Assembly (NCBI GenBank): GCA_964391595.1
Contig: CAYMMM010000001.1
Coordinates: forward strand, 4,708 to 68,707
Length of the DNA: 64,000 nucleotides
Source: an uncultured Candidatus Saccharibacteria bacterium
GTDB taxonomy: Bacteria > Patescibacteriota > Saccharimonadia > CAILAD01 > GCA-016700035
Direction: 5' to 3'
The position numbers and the translations under genes are program-made. This document shows positions 37,260-46,462 of the stretch, in pieces. The notes under the pieces were generated by a model. The model made no database searches. It saw only the letters and a list, made by a program, of their open reading frames with translations, and was not told the origin of the DNA. Within the stretch, counting starts at the first letter, position 1. Each line of letters opens with the position of its first letter.

Positions 37260-37992
37260 CAGATTTCTCTTTATTCTCCGGCATATCAAGTTTTCTCCTG
37301 AGGACTTTTCGTGGCTTCGCACCATTATGTGGGCCAATGATTCCATTCTCTTCGAGGGCGTCCATCATAAATGCTGCTCGCGCGTAACCCATGTTAAATC
37401 GACGCTGTAACATGCTTGTCGTAAAACGTTGCTGCTCGATAATATAGCGCTCGACTTCCTCATACATCGAATCCTCGACGCCTGCCTTGAATTGCAGCTC
37501 TTTTTCACCACCCTTATCAATCAGCTGCACTGAGGATTCAAAGGGGTCATACCAATTATTTCCTGCACTGGCTACTTCTTCCTCATCGAGCACTCGATAC
37601 ATCGGTGTTTCTTCGATAACACCGAGATTTTTTAGCAGCTCGAGAATCTCGATGGTTCGCTTCTCATCTACACCAAGGATGAGACTAATCTGCTCAAGGT
37701 CATTTTTGCGTAAATGCGTCATGTCTCGCATGTAGCGAACAGCGACATTTATGAGAGTATGGATCTCGCGATTATCTGTGTCGGCGCGAGGTGCTCTGGG
37801 TCGTAATACGATAAACTCCCCCTCGTCCTTTTCGGACTCGCTGATCACATTATGACTCTCGAGCGTGAGGAGTATCTTCATCGCATCGAGGTCGGATATC
37901 TTGAAATAGTCACGAATGAGCGGTACATTCGCCTTTTGCTCCCAGATGACAAGCTGCTCGGCGCGGTACATATAACGAGTAATATCAGACAT
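37237..37992 (-). CDS. Motor-less FtsK gamma-domain protein
   Basis: C-terminal TSMLQRRFNMGYARAAFMMDALEENGIIGPHNGAKPRKVL; no ATPase domain. Confidence 0.8.
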   Translation of the reverse strand: MSDITRYMYRAEQLVIWEQKANVPLIRDYFKISDLDAMKILLTLESHNVISESEKDEGEFIVLRPRAPRADTDNREIHTLINVAVRYMRDMTHLRKNDLEQISLILGVDEKRTIEILELLKNLGVIEETPMYRVLDEEEVASAGNNWYDPFESSVQLIDKGGEKELQFKAGVEDSMYEEVERYIIEQQRFTTSMLQRRFNMGYARAAFMMDALEENGIIGPHNGAKPRKVLRRKLDMPENKEKSDEQRDEA

Positions 37993-38632
37993 GTGATTCC
38001 TTTGTGGTGCTTAGAAGATCGACTGTGTTAATAAAATCATCAAAATGTTTACCGGTGAATTGATGATCAGCCCCACGTATGATGTGCGTTTCTACCCACT
38101 CGGCGAGATCATTCGCAAAGTCTATCGACGGATCCTGATCTCCGTAGACTATATGCGTTTTGCCGCTGTAGTTGCGCAGTCCTCGCTTAATCAGCTGAGG
38201 TTGTAGATTTGCAGACATATTAATGAGTACAAGTTTAGTAATTTCAGGATACTCATGTGCCATCCAAGCCACTACGCTCGCTCCTGCTGAGTGTGCAATT
38301 ATCTCTAGATCGTATTTTTGCTCACCACAGATATTCCTGCTGTTTCTATGGATATACTGCATAATATGATCGATATTATCTCCCCATCCCTGTTGTGATA
38401 TGTACGGATTTGATACTCGTATGACAGACTTATGCTGTTCTGTAAGGATTTTCTCTGCCATCTTTATATATTTATCCTTATAGCCATCAACCGATCCATC
38501 TATGCCGGGTATGATTAGTACGATGCTATGGGATGGCCTTGGATGTAGTCTGACATCTACTTGGTGCTTGATGGGGTCACCTGCGAGATTTTCTTTCCAG
38601 GTTATTGAGTCTTCGATGAGTTTTATTGCCAT
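37985..38632 (-). CDS. Alpha/beta hydrolase
   Basis: AHSAGA, YGDQD, GADHQF. Confidence 0.82.
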   Translation of the reverse strand: MAIKLIEDSITWKENLAGDPIKHQVDVRLHPRPSHSIVLIIPGIDGSVDGYKDKYIKMAEKILTEQHKSVIRVSNPYISQQGWGDNIDHIMQYIHRNSRNICGEQKYDLEIIAHSAGASVVAWMAHEYPEITKLVLINMSANLQPQLIKRGLRNYSGKTHIVYGDQDPSIDFANDLAEWVETHIIRGADHQFTGKHFDDFINTVDLLSTTKESHV

Positions 38633-38756
38633 ATATTTAGGATCGTCTTAATAGTAATGAAGTGTTAATTGATATCCTTCGCCGCGGCAGTGAGCATAGT
38701 ACTTTGCTTGATATATTGATAAGTGTTTCATGCTTATAAAAATAACTTTTTTCTAT

Positions 38757-39014
38757 CTAACCTTGATCCGCCCTGAAAACAATATCACATCTTGTACAGT
38801 GCCACTCTGGGTCCATCGAGAAGCCTGATTGGCGATGCAGCCACTTCATACCTTCATCTGTCCATTGAATATTTATATGCTCACCATCTCCGTTGAGTAT
38901 TGAAAATTTTCTATTCCATTCGACAACCCCGACTTGCTTGCACTGAGGACATCGAATTTTCTTATTCAAATCTGGATCTGGAGGGGTGTAATTATTCATA
39001 TTCTCAATAAGCAT
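38757..39014 (-). CDS. Small Zn-ribbon protein
   Basis: CPQC...CTRC; TATAAT 6 nt before ATG 39014. Confidence 0.6.
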   Translation of the reverse strand: MLIENMNNYTPPDPDLNKKIRCPQCKQVGVVEWNRKFSILNGDGEHINIQWTDEGMKWLHRQSGFSMDPEWHCTRCDIVFRADQG

Positions 39015-39106
39015 ATAACCATTATACGACATGGCAAATATGAAAAATCCAACCTCTCACCGCTCATGCTTTTACATCTGACCCTCATCTGGCAATATAG
39101 AGAGCA

Positions 39107-39901
39107 ATGGCAAAATCGACAACACAAACCTTATCTGAGATCACGCTCTCGAAGCGTGCCTTCTGGTACTTCTATGGCTACCATGCTTGGCAAGTCATCA
39201 AAAAGTTCGGACTCTGGATCGTCATCCTGACTGTCGCTGGCACGTCAGTTAATCTCATTCGTACTGCTAAGATATTCGGCATGTCGGACGCTGAGCTGGC
39301 GGTCGCCTTCCTCAAGCCCGTCCCCTATGTCGCGGCTGGGTTTGCTGCTGCTGTCATACTCTATGGGTTAATCCGCGGACTCACCTCAACACTTACGACC
39401 AAATACCGCCTCACCCCTCAGGGTGTCATGCTCGAGCTGGGCTGGATGAATCGCACCACTACCCTCGTGAGCTTCGAGCAGATTCAGCGCATGACTATCG
39501 TCTCAAACCCCTACGACCGCATGCTCAAGGCCTCATATATCAATCTTGATCTCATCGGTGGCGCAAATGCCATCCAGCTCGAAGCCATCGATAAGTCTGC
39601 TGTCGAGGATCTGTATGAAGTACTGGCTGCCTCGCGTATGCAGGCGCTGCAAGCCGTTGCGCTCCAGACGCTCGAGCTCGAACGCAAGCTGATCGAAAAC
39701 ACCTCAAAGCGCTCGGTAGTAAAGGCAGAAAAGACCAAAACTACCAAGAAGAAATCGTCGACTGGCAAAAAGTCAGCTCGTACTACCACCAAGAAGAAGG
39801 CTCCGGCTAAAAAACCAGCTCGGACTAAGTCACCAAAAAGCGCAAAATCAAAACGAGCCGCCACACGGACAGCTCGTCGTTCGCAGCCTGTTACTGCTTA
39901 A
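39107..39901 (+). CDS. Bacterial PH-domain membrane protein with Lys-rich tail
   Basis: Two TMs, YRLT...GW...IQRMTI..NPYDR, C-terminal K/T/A/S low complexity. Confidence 0.75.
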   Translation: MAKSTTQTLSEITLSKRAFWYFYGYHAWQVIKKFGLWIVILTVAGTSVNLIRTAKIFGMSDAELAVAFLKPVPYVAAGFAAAVILYGLIRGLTSTLTTKYRLTPQGVMLELGWMNRTTTLVSFEQIQRMTIVSNPYDRMLKASYINLDLIGGANAIQLEAIDKSAVEDLYEVLAASRMQALQAVALQTLELERKLIENTSKRSVVKAEKTKTTKKKSSTGKKSARTTTKKKAPAKKPARTKSPKSAKSKRAATRTARRSQPVTA

Positions 39902-39910
39902 GTAGCTAGT

Positions 39911-40765
39911 CTACATACAGTAATCACTCTGCTTGCCGCTCGCACTATCTCCTGCTGACAAGCTCTTGAGTATTGCATTATCGGCGTCTGAGAACATGTC
40001 AAACCAACACAGTGCGTGACCAGCCTGGGCAAGGAATTCTTGATGCTTGGCTACATAGCTAGCATTTTGGGCAGCTTCATTACGTTGACGATAATCGTAC
40101 ACTCCGAGGTCGAAGCTGACATTGCGAATCTTCGGGAAGCCGATCGCAGTGGCAACTTCATCTCCAGCTTTTACACTGACGGGGTTATCGAAATTGGTCG
40201 TACGCGAATCATCAGGCTTGGCTGCTGGGAGGGCGTCAGCGATCTTCTGGAAGGTCGGGCTCAGCGTGAGTAAGTGGTCGAAGCGATACGCGACGCCGCA
40301 GTCATTTACAATCGTAAACATATACTGCGTCTCGCCCATCTCGATGTAGCGCGCCCCACTAACCACTCGTCCATCCATGATCGCCTTCACGCTGAGATTA
40401 TTGTCGCTCGCGCGATCGAACCGAAGACCACCGTGTGGCTTATAGTTGTTGCCGCGTGATTGGCCGGGGTATAAGACAGCAGTCGCCTTAGACAGATCGG
40501 CTGGTGCAACGGAGAATTTCACCGGCTCAGTGCAATCGGGTGGCGTGCTGCTGGCCTGCCACTTGTCCCCGCTCCATTGCCACTGGATTGCAGTTTGCGT
40601 CGCATTCGTAGAGGTTGATGCTTGTGTCGAGCTCGAGGGTTGCGGCGAAGCATCTGCCTTCTTCTTCGACCCGGCAGTGGCGTAGATAATGAGGCCAGAT
40701 ATGGCTGCCACAACCGCGACGGCGATAAGTACTTCGATGATGGTAAAACCTGACTTGCGATGCAT
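39911..40765 (-). CDS. Prepilin-type N-terminal methylation protein
   Basis: KSG|FTIIEVLI class III signal, S/T linker, Cys-containing globular domain. Confidence 0.82.
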   Translation of the reverse strand: MHRKSGFTIIEVLIAVAVVAAISGLIIYATAGSKKKADASPQPSSSTQASTSTNATQTAIQWQWSGDKWQASSTPPDCTEPVKFSVAPADLSKATAVLYPGQSRGNNYKPHGGLRFDRASDNNLSVKAIMDGRVVSGARYIEMGETQYMFTIVNDCGVAYRFDHLLTLSPTFQKIADALPAAKPDDSRTTNFDNPVSVKAGDEVATAIGFPKIRNVSFDLGVYDYRQRNEAAQNASYVAKHQEFLAQAGHALCWFDMFSDADNAILKSLSAGDSASGKQSDYCM

Positions 40766-40834
40766 AGATGAATCCCTGATTAAACTTACGCTTATAATAG
40801 CATGCAATAGTCGCTGATTTACACCATAATTGGT

Positions 40835-41785
40835 ATGATAAACATAACCACTATGGGTACATTTCTCACCATACTTCCGATCTTTCTGATCATCGCACTT
40901 GGCTATGGCTTGCGGGCTCGCAATATCGTCAAAGCAAGCTGGGTGAAACCGCTCAATAGCTTTGTATATAATGTCGGCTTGCCGGCGCTGATCGTGTATA
41001 GCTTTGCCACCCTGCAGTGGCGCGAACTACTAGCAGGACGGCTATTAGGGTATCAGGTACTGATTGTAGTTGTGACGGCTATCTTGATTGCGATACTCGT
41101 TCGGGCACTGCCTATGAGCAATAAGGATCGAGCGGCGATATATCTTGCTGCCTTGCTGGGGAATACCGTCTATCTCGGCATTCCACTCGTGAGTAGCGCT
41201 CTGCCGGGCGTTGTTACGACAGATGTCACGAGTATAACGACCGCGGTCGGCGTTGTGCAGTTGGCTGCGAGTCTGCTGGTCGGGCTGGTGGGCATTGAGT
41301 ATGTGTTCTTGGGTACGCGCGACATTCGCTTCATCACGAAGCATTTGATCATTAACCCCCTCACCCTCTCCATCGTGGCAGGCTTCGCACTTGCATTCTT
41401 GGGCTGGCCGCAGTGGCTTGATCGCAGCATCGGCGTGCCGCTCAAGATGCTCGCCGGCACCGCCTCTCCCCTGGCTCTCTTTGCGCTTGGTAGTTTTCTG
41501 TACGGCCATAAGATCAATCGCAAGCAGTCACGGCTCGGGCTGGCTGTCGGGCTAAAGCTCATCGGCGTCCCTCTCATTGCCTGGGCAGTTATGGTAGCGG
41601 CTCAGATATTTTCTACCGAACGTAATATCACCGTGCTGATGATGAGTATGCCAACCGCAGTAACAGCCTTTGTGCTGGCGGACACCTATGATCTGGATAC
41701 AACCTTTGTCGCTTCGGTGATGATGGTAAGCACAGTTGCGAGCGTGGTCGCAGTGCCGGTGATAGCGAATTTACTTGGATTATAA
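40835..41785 (+). CDS. AEC family transporter
   Basis: LPIFLII, GLPAL, GNTVYLGIP, PLALFALG, MPTAV. Confidence 0.9.
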   Translation: MINITTMGTFLTILPIFLIIALGYGLRARNIVKASWVKPLNSFVYNVGLPALIVYSFATLQWRELLAGRLLGYQVLIVVVTAILIAILVRALPMSNKDRAAIYLAALLGNTVYLGIPLVSSALPGVVTTDVTSITTAVGVVQLAASLLVGLVGIEYVFLGTRDIRFITKHLIINPLTLSIVAGFALAFLGWPQWLDRSIGVPLKMLAGTASPLALFALGSFLYGHKINRKQSRLGLAVGLKLIGVPLIAWAVMVAAQIFSTERNITVLMMSMPTAVTAFVLADTYDLDTTFVASVMMVSTVASVVAVPVIANLLGL

Positions 41786-41786
41786 G

Positions 41787-42176
41787 CTATCGTTTTCGTT
41801 TGATGAGATTCTTAACGTATTTGTAACGTACGAAAAGTGCGAATAGTACGGCCGGGATAAGCGGAATGAGGATGTTGCCAAAAACGATAGTTGCTTCACT
41901 TGGATCTGACTCGGCATAGTATGATATTCCCTGCTCACCTACGCAGTCGATACATTCGGACTTAATAGCAATGAAGCCGCGGTAGCGTATATCATATCCG
42001 GGGACACAGCTGCTATCCCCCGGGTAAGGCTCGTATTTTGGCAGAGATAATGAAGCGATGGTTATTTGGTAAGAAGACATGTCGGCGCAGGCATATTCGC
42101 GTGTCTCGACTCCGTATGCTAAGAAGAGGCCGAGCAATATTGCGGCAAATATCAATAGCATGGATAAGCGTCGCAT
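41787..42176 (-). CDS. Hypothetical membrane protein
   Basis: Two TMs flanking a Cys-containing loop. Confidence 0.6.
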   Translation of the reverse strand: MRRLSMLLIFAAILLGLFLAYGVETREYACADMSSYQITIASLSLPKYEPYPGDSSCVPGYDIRYRGFIAIKSECIDCVGEQGISYYAESDPSEATIVFGNILIPLIPAVLFALFVRYKYVKNLIKRKR

Positions 42177-42208
42177 ATGCGCCAGTATAGCATATGCGTT
42201 TTGCTATT

Positions 42209-44008
42209 CTAGTGATTGATCTGCGGCTTGGCAGGCTTGTCGGTCATGAGTGAACTGATATTTGGTAAACCGAGTCCGATGAATACGCTCAATATCCCAA
42301 AACCAAGCGCTACCCATAGGGTGTCACGCGCTGCGGTTGTAATAGCGCTTTTTACGTCCCGCTGGACCTGATAACCTACTCGCTCTTGCTCCATGCGATA
42401 GAAGTCAATTGCTGCCTGGCGCTTGTTTGGCGGGAGTTTTGTGATTTGTTGTAGAAATTCGGCTGGGATTTCGGTCGGACGGCTCTCTTGATCAAATCCT
42501 CCTGTGCGGCTGGATTCTTGGGCTGCGCTGACGATCTTTGCCCTAGCAGCATCTGGTATGACTGGGTCGGCAGAAATCTTGCTGCTAATTTGTGTGGCGA
42601 TCATCGCAAAGAGGGTTGCGCCAATAATTGCGGCACCAAAGCTTGAGCCAACCTGGCGCATGGTATTATTCACCCCGCTCGCTTCCCCAGCATATTGCCC
42701 GCTCACGGCCGAGAGAGTGAGATTGTTGATCTGGCTTTGAACCAGACCCATCCCAATTCCAAAAAGTATGAATCCAGGCATCAATACTTGTGATGTTACG
42801 CCATCTTTGAGCATAAAGATCATCACAAGAATAGAGAGTACCGTAATAACAAGACCAGCCATGATGATTGGTTTTGGCCTGACCTTGCGCGCAATGATGA
42901 GCGCAATTGGCGAGACAATAAATACGGTCAGCGACAGCGGGAAAAGCGCAAGTCCAGTATGGAACGCGTCCAATCCGTGAACGGCCTGGTAATATATTGG
43001 GAAGACAAAAATCAGGCCAGTCAGCGAAAGTGATATCGCAGCAGTCACCGCCATCCCGCTGACGAATTGTCGGTTTTCGAAGAGATGTAATGACACGAGC
43101 GGGGTGTGGCCAAGTGATTCTCTGCGAAGTTGCCACCACGCAAAGAATATAAGCAACACGATACCAAGAGCAATTGCGACTGGTGTGATTGATAATGGTG
43201 CAAAATTGAGTGTAACATTTCCGAGACTAAAGGCTTTTTTAGCGATCCACCAGCCGTACTCCGAGCTCTGAATAATCCCAAAGACGAGCGAGAGAAGTCC
43301 AGTCGAGCTTAGGAGCACCCCGATCCAATCGAGTTCTTTTTTCTCAGCTGTGTCGCGACTGTCTTTGATAAGCAATGAGCCTAACAACAAGATCAGAACT
43401 ACGAAGATATTGATGCGAAATCCCCAGCGCCACGAATACGCGCTAGTGAGCCATCCGCCCAAGATCGGACCGACTGCGCTGGCAGCACCAGCCGTCGCAC
43501 CAAAGACCGCGAAACCAATCGCCCGGTCTTTGCCTTCAAAATTTGTAAGTAGCAGTGAAGCTGCAGCTGGCATCATGAGTGCTGCACCAATACCCTCGAT
43601 GATTGATTCACCGAGTAGCAGCATACCGACATTGTGCGAGATGCTCGCAATATAGCTCCCGATTGCGAATAGGACCGCGCCGAGCATAAACATACGCTTA
43701 CGACCATACAGGTCACCTAGTCGCCCACCAGTGATCGTGAGAGCTGCAAGGACTAGGGTGTAGATCGTGATAACCCACTGGATGTCAGTGAAGTTTGAGT
43801 TTAAATCCTGGATGATGTTGCGTAAGCTCACGTTTAGGAGCGTCGTATCTATCAGGATGATAGCGAGTGATAACGCGATGACGATCATCTTCCCCCACTT
43901 ACGCCAAGCTGGCTCGGGCTGGGCTGGTGCTAGTGTAGCTTCCTTTGGCGCCGAGCTTTTTTTGTTGCTGCGTGATATGGAAGGTGATTTCTTAGACATA
44001 GTTAACAT
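42209..44008 (-). CDS. MFS transporter, DHA2 family
   Basis: DTTLLNVSL, GRLGDLYGRKR, GPILGGWL, WRWGFRIN. Confidence 0.93.
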   Translation of the reverse strand: MLTMSKKSPSISRSNKKSSAPKEATLAPAQPEPAWRKWGKMIVIALSLAIILIDTTLLNVSLRNIIQDLNSNFTDIQWVITIYTLVLAALTITGGRLGDLYGRKRMFMLGAVLFAIGSYIASISHNVGMLLLGESIIEGIGAALMMPAAASLLLTNFEGKDRAIGFAVFGATAGAASAVGPILGGWLTSAYSWRWGFRINIFVVLILLLGSLLIKDSRDTAEKKELDWIGVLLSSTGLLSLVFGIIQSSEYGWWIAKKAFSLGNVTLNFAPLSITPVAIALGIVLLIFFAWWQLRRESLGHTPLVSLHLFENRQFVSGMAVTAAISLSLTGLIFVFPIYYQAVHGLDAFHTGLALFPLSLTVFIVSPIALIIARKVRPKPIIMAGLVITVLSILVMIFMLKDGVTSQVLMPGFILFGIGMGLVQSQINNLTLSAVSGQYAGEASGVNNTMRQVGSSFGAAIIGATLFAMIATQISSKISADPVIPDAARAKIVSAAQESSRTGGFDQESRPTEIPAEFLQQITKLPPNKRQAAIDFYRMEQERVGYQVQRDVKSAITTAARDTLWVALGFGILSVFIGLGLPNISSLMTDKPAKPQINH

Positions 44009-44071
44009 GTTAATAGCTTACTGACTTGGTGTCAAAAGACATGCTACAATGACTTGGTTTTGGAGAAACCT

Positions 44072-44521
44072 ATGCAAGAAGACACACAGACTAAACCTGC
44101 TCAGGAAGTCAAGCAGACCGAGGAAAAGACAACTAAGAATGATGGCACTGGTGCGACACTCGACTCGATCCATCGTCTCGTCATAGAGGCCGCGGAGACA
44201 CGTAATGCCGTTGCCGCAGTACGCGATCAACTCAAAGACGTCATGGAGAATAATCCAGAATATCGTCAGATCGTCGATGAGATGAAAGAGCTCACCAAGA
44301 AGCGAGCAGAAGCCAAGAAGGCGCTAGCTGAAGACAAGGATTATCAGCAATTCTCCGCTGATCTGGACGATTTGCGCCTAAAGCTCAAAGATATCAATGA
44401 AATCCTCTCGCAGCATCTTGTGCTCTACTACAATCAAACTAGCTCAACTAAATTGATTGATTCAAATGGCGAGACACGATCACTCATATTGTCCGCAAAG
44501 CTTGGTAAGACTGAAGCCTAG
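44072..44521 (+). CDS. Coiled-coil hypothetical protein
   Basis: GGAG SD, heptad-rich sequence. Confidence 0.75.
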   Translation: MQEDTQTKPAQEVKQTEEKTTKNDGTGATLDSIHRLVIEAAETRNAVAAVRDQLKDVMENNPEYRQIVDEMKELTKKRAEAKKALAEDKDYQQFSADLDDLRLKLKDINEILSQHLVLYYNQTSSTKLIDSNGETRSLILSAKLGKTEA

Positions 44522-44537
44522 CAGTTTTTACACTCGG

Positions 44538-44567
44538 AAAAAGCCCCGTTGATTTGGGGCTTTTTTA
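44538..44567. terminator. Bidirectional terminator
   Basis: AAAAAGCCCC...GGGGCTTTTTT between convergent genes. Confidence 0.8.
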
Positions 44568-44582
44568 GTACGGTTGTGAATG

Positions 44583-45002
44583 TTATTCGCTGTGATGCTC
44601 GGCTTCGGCGGCGTCGGCCTCTTCTTTGGTCTTATGGACAGTACCTGGAGCATGTTCAGCTGGGCTATAGAGTGAGTATACTTTGAGGTCACTATCCCCG
44701 ATATTCTTCACATTGTGCCATGTGCCAGCTGGGATTAGTACCGCAGTATCAGGCTGTAGCTCGCCAGTCTGCTCGACTTCTTCTTTCGACGGGCCGGTGT
44801 GAAGTGAGGCGGCCCCAGCTTCGACGCGCAGGAATTGATCAACATCCCCATGGACCTCGAGTCCAATCTCGCCACCCGCAGGAATCGACATGACCGTGAG
44901 CTGGGTGTGTTCACCTGTCCATAGTGTCGTGCGGAAGTTTGTATTGTTCTTCGTTTCATCTTCAATCTGTACGATATATACTTTCTTGTCATTGTCAGTC
45001 AT
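44583..45002 (-). CDS. Cupin domain protein
   Basis: GEIGLEVH..VDQFLRVE.G, IPAGTWHNV. Confidence 0.92.
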   Translation of the reverse strand: MTDNDKKVYIVQIEDETKNNTNFRTTLWTGEHTQLTVMSIPAGGEIGLEVHGDVDQFLRVEAGAASLHTGPSKEEVEQTGELQPDTAVLIPAGTWHNVKNIGDSDLKVYSLYSPAEHAPGTVHKTKEEADAAEAEHHSE

Positions 45003-45099
45003 GGCGGTATTCCTTGTTTACACTTCTATTATACTCCATAGCGCTACCGTTTCTATCTGATATTTGCTATAATGCTGGGGTTCTCACAACAATACATAG

Positions 45100-45176
45100 A
45101 GGGGTGTAGCTCAGCTGGCTAGAGCGTCGGTCTCCAAAACCGAAGGCCGCGGGTTCGATCCCTGCCACCCCTGCCA
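45100..45176 (+). tRNA. tRNA-Trp (CCA)
   Basis: Cloverleaf, anticodon loop CTCCAAA, TTCGA loop, encoded CCA. Confidence 0.97.
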
Positions 45177-45252
45177 ATATTAATAACACTTATGTATGTA
45201 TGATCATTAATATTTATACAAGCAAATCAGTTACTACTACGGGTTTTTGGCG

Positions 45253-45645
45253 TTATTTCGTCTTTGAGGATCTCTTTAATATCGAGTTTACCTTTTCAAC
45301 TATAGTGTCGAGTGAAGTGTTTGACTTCAGTATGTAGTCAACTGCACCCGATATACTTAATTCGACCCTCCTATCAGTACTATCGAGATTGCTCATGACA
45401 ATCACTGGGATATCTTTTGTTGAAGCTTCAGACTTAATCTCTTCGAGCACATCCCAGCCTGTCGTGTCGGTGAGCATCACATCGAGCAAGACCAAATCGA
45501 TATCATGACTCACCTCTTTTAGACCCTCGCTACCTGTTCGAGCCGACTTTACTGCATATCCGGCATGCTTGAGCGATTCACAAAGTGCAGTATTGAGTGC
45601 TGCTTCGTCATCAATTACGAGTAAAGTATATTTCTTGTCTGACAT
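45253..45645 (-). CDS. Stand-alone response regulator receiver
   Basis: IDDE, LLDVML, MSN, YILKS. Confidence 0.9.
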   Translation of the reverse strand: MSDKKYTLLVIDDEAALNTALCESLKHAGYAVKSARTGSEGLKEVSHDIDLVLLDVMLTDTTGWDVLEEIKSEASTKDIPVIVMSNLDSTDRRVELSISGAVDYILKSNTSLDTIVEKVNSILKRSSKTK

Positions 45646-45670
45646 TACACCCTCCTTGGGTAGGTATTAC

Positions 45671-46054
45671 TTATGCTAATCGCTGCTTCACTAGCTGGAG
45701 TAGAAGCTCAATGGACGTATCTGACTTCACGAGATAGTCGTTGAGCATACCATCTTTGCGCACTTGATTCAGGTTTTTCAACATTTCTTCTTCTGTAGTG
45801 ACATTTGAGAGAATAATGACTGGTACCTGTGCACCCCACTCATCCTCGCGTAGCTTTGTGAGCATTTGTTCTCCACTCATCTTAGGCATCAGTAAGTCTA
45901 ATACAATGAGGCTTGGCTTTGACTCGAAGGCTATCTGTAAACCGTCTTCTCCATTGTCGGCATGCTGGATTTCGTACCCGTGGTCTGTCAGAGCATCTAT
46001 AAGCCCCTTACGAAGACTTTGGTCATCCTCAACGATAAGAATGCGTTTTGTCAT
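45671..46054 (-). CDS. Stand-alone response regulator receiver
   Basis: VEDD, VLDLLMPKMSG, LSN, YLVKS. Confidence 0.92.
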   Translation of the reverse strand: MTKRILIVEDDQSLRKGLIDALTDHGYEIQHADNGEDGLQIAFESKPSLIVLDLLMPKMSGEQMLTKLREDEWGAQVPVIILSNVTTEEEMLKNLNQVRKDGMLNDYLVKSDTSIELLLQLVKQRLA

Positions 46055-46065
46055 AGTAATGCCCT

Positions 46066-46449
46066 CTACTTTAGAATTTCTGTACGAATATGGTTTATGA
46101 GTGCATCGAGCCTGAAGTCACTCTTGATATAGTATTCTTTTGCCCCAAACTGCAAATATGCAGACCGCTTGTCCTCACCTCCGGTGTTCGTGACAACAAA
46201 TACTGGGATATCCTTCCACTCAGACTGTTTAACGTGCTGTAAAAAGTCGAGGCCGTCTAATTTGCCGAGTAAATAATGATCCAGCCAAATAGCGTCAATT
46301 TGAGGCAAGTCATGCAGGTAGCCGAGTGCTTGCTCGACGCTTCGTGCTGTGACCGAGTCAAAGCCGTATGACTCGAGTTTACGCGATATAGCCAGTAATA
46401 GCGGCTTCTCATCTTCTATAATAAGTATGGTTTTATCGAGGTTAGACAT
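46066..46449 (-). CDS. Stand-alone response regulator receiver
   Basis: IEDE, WLDHYL, VTN, YYIKS. Confidence 0.9.
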   Translation of the reverse strand: MSNLDKTILIIEDEKPLLLAISRKLESYGFDSVTARSVEQALGYLHDLPQIDAIWLDHYLLGKLDGLDFLQHVKQSEWKDIPVFVVTNTGGEDKRSAYLQFGAKEYYIKSDFRLDALINHIRTEILK

Positions 46450-46462
46450 ACGCTATATTATA

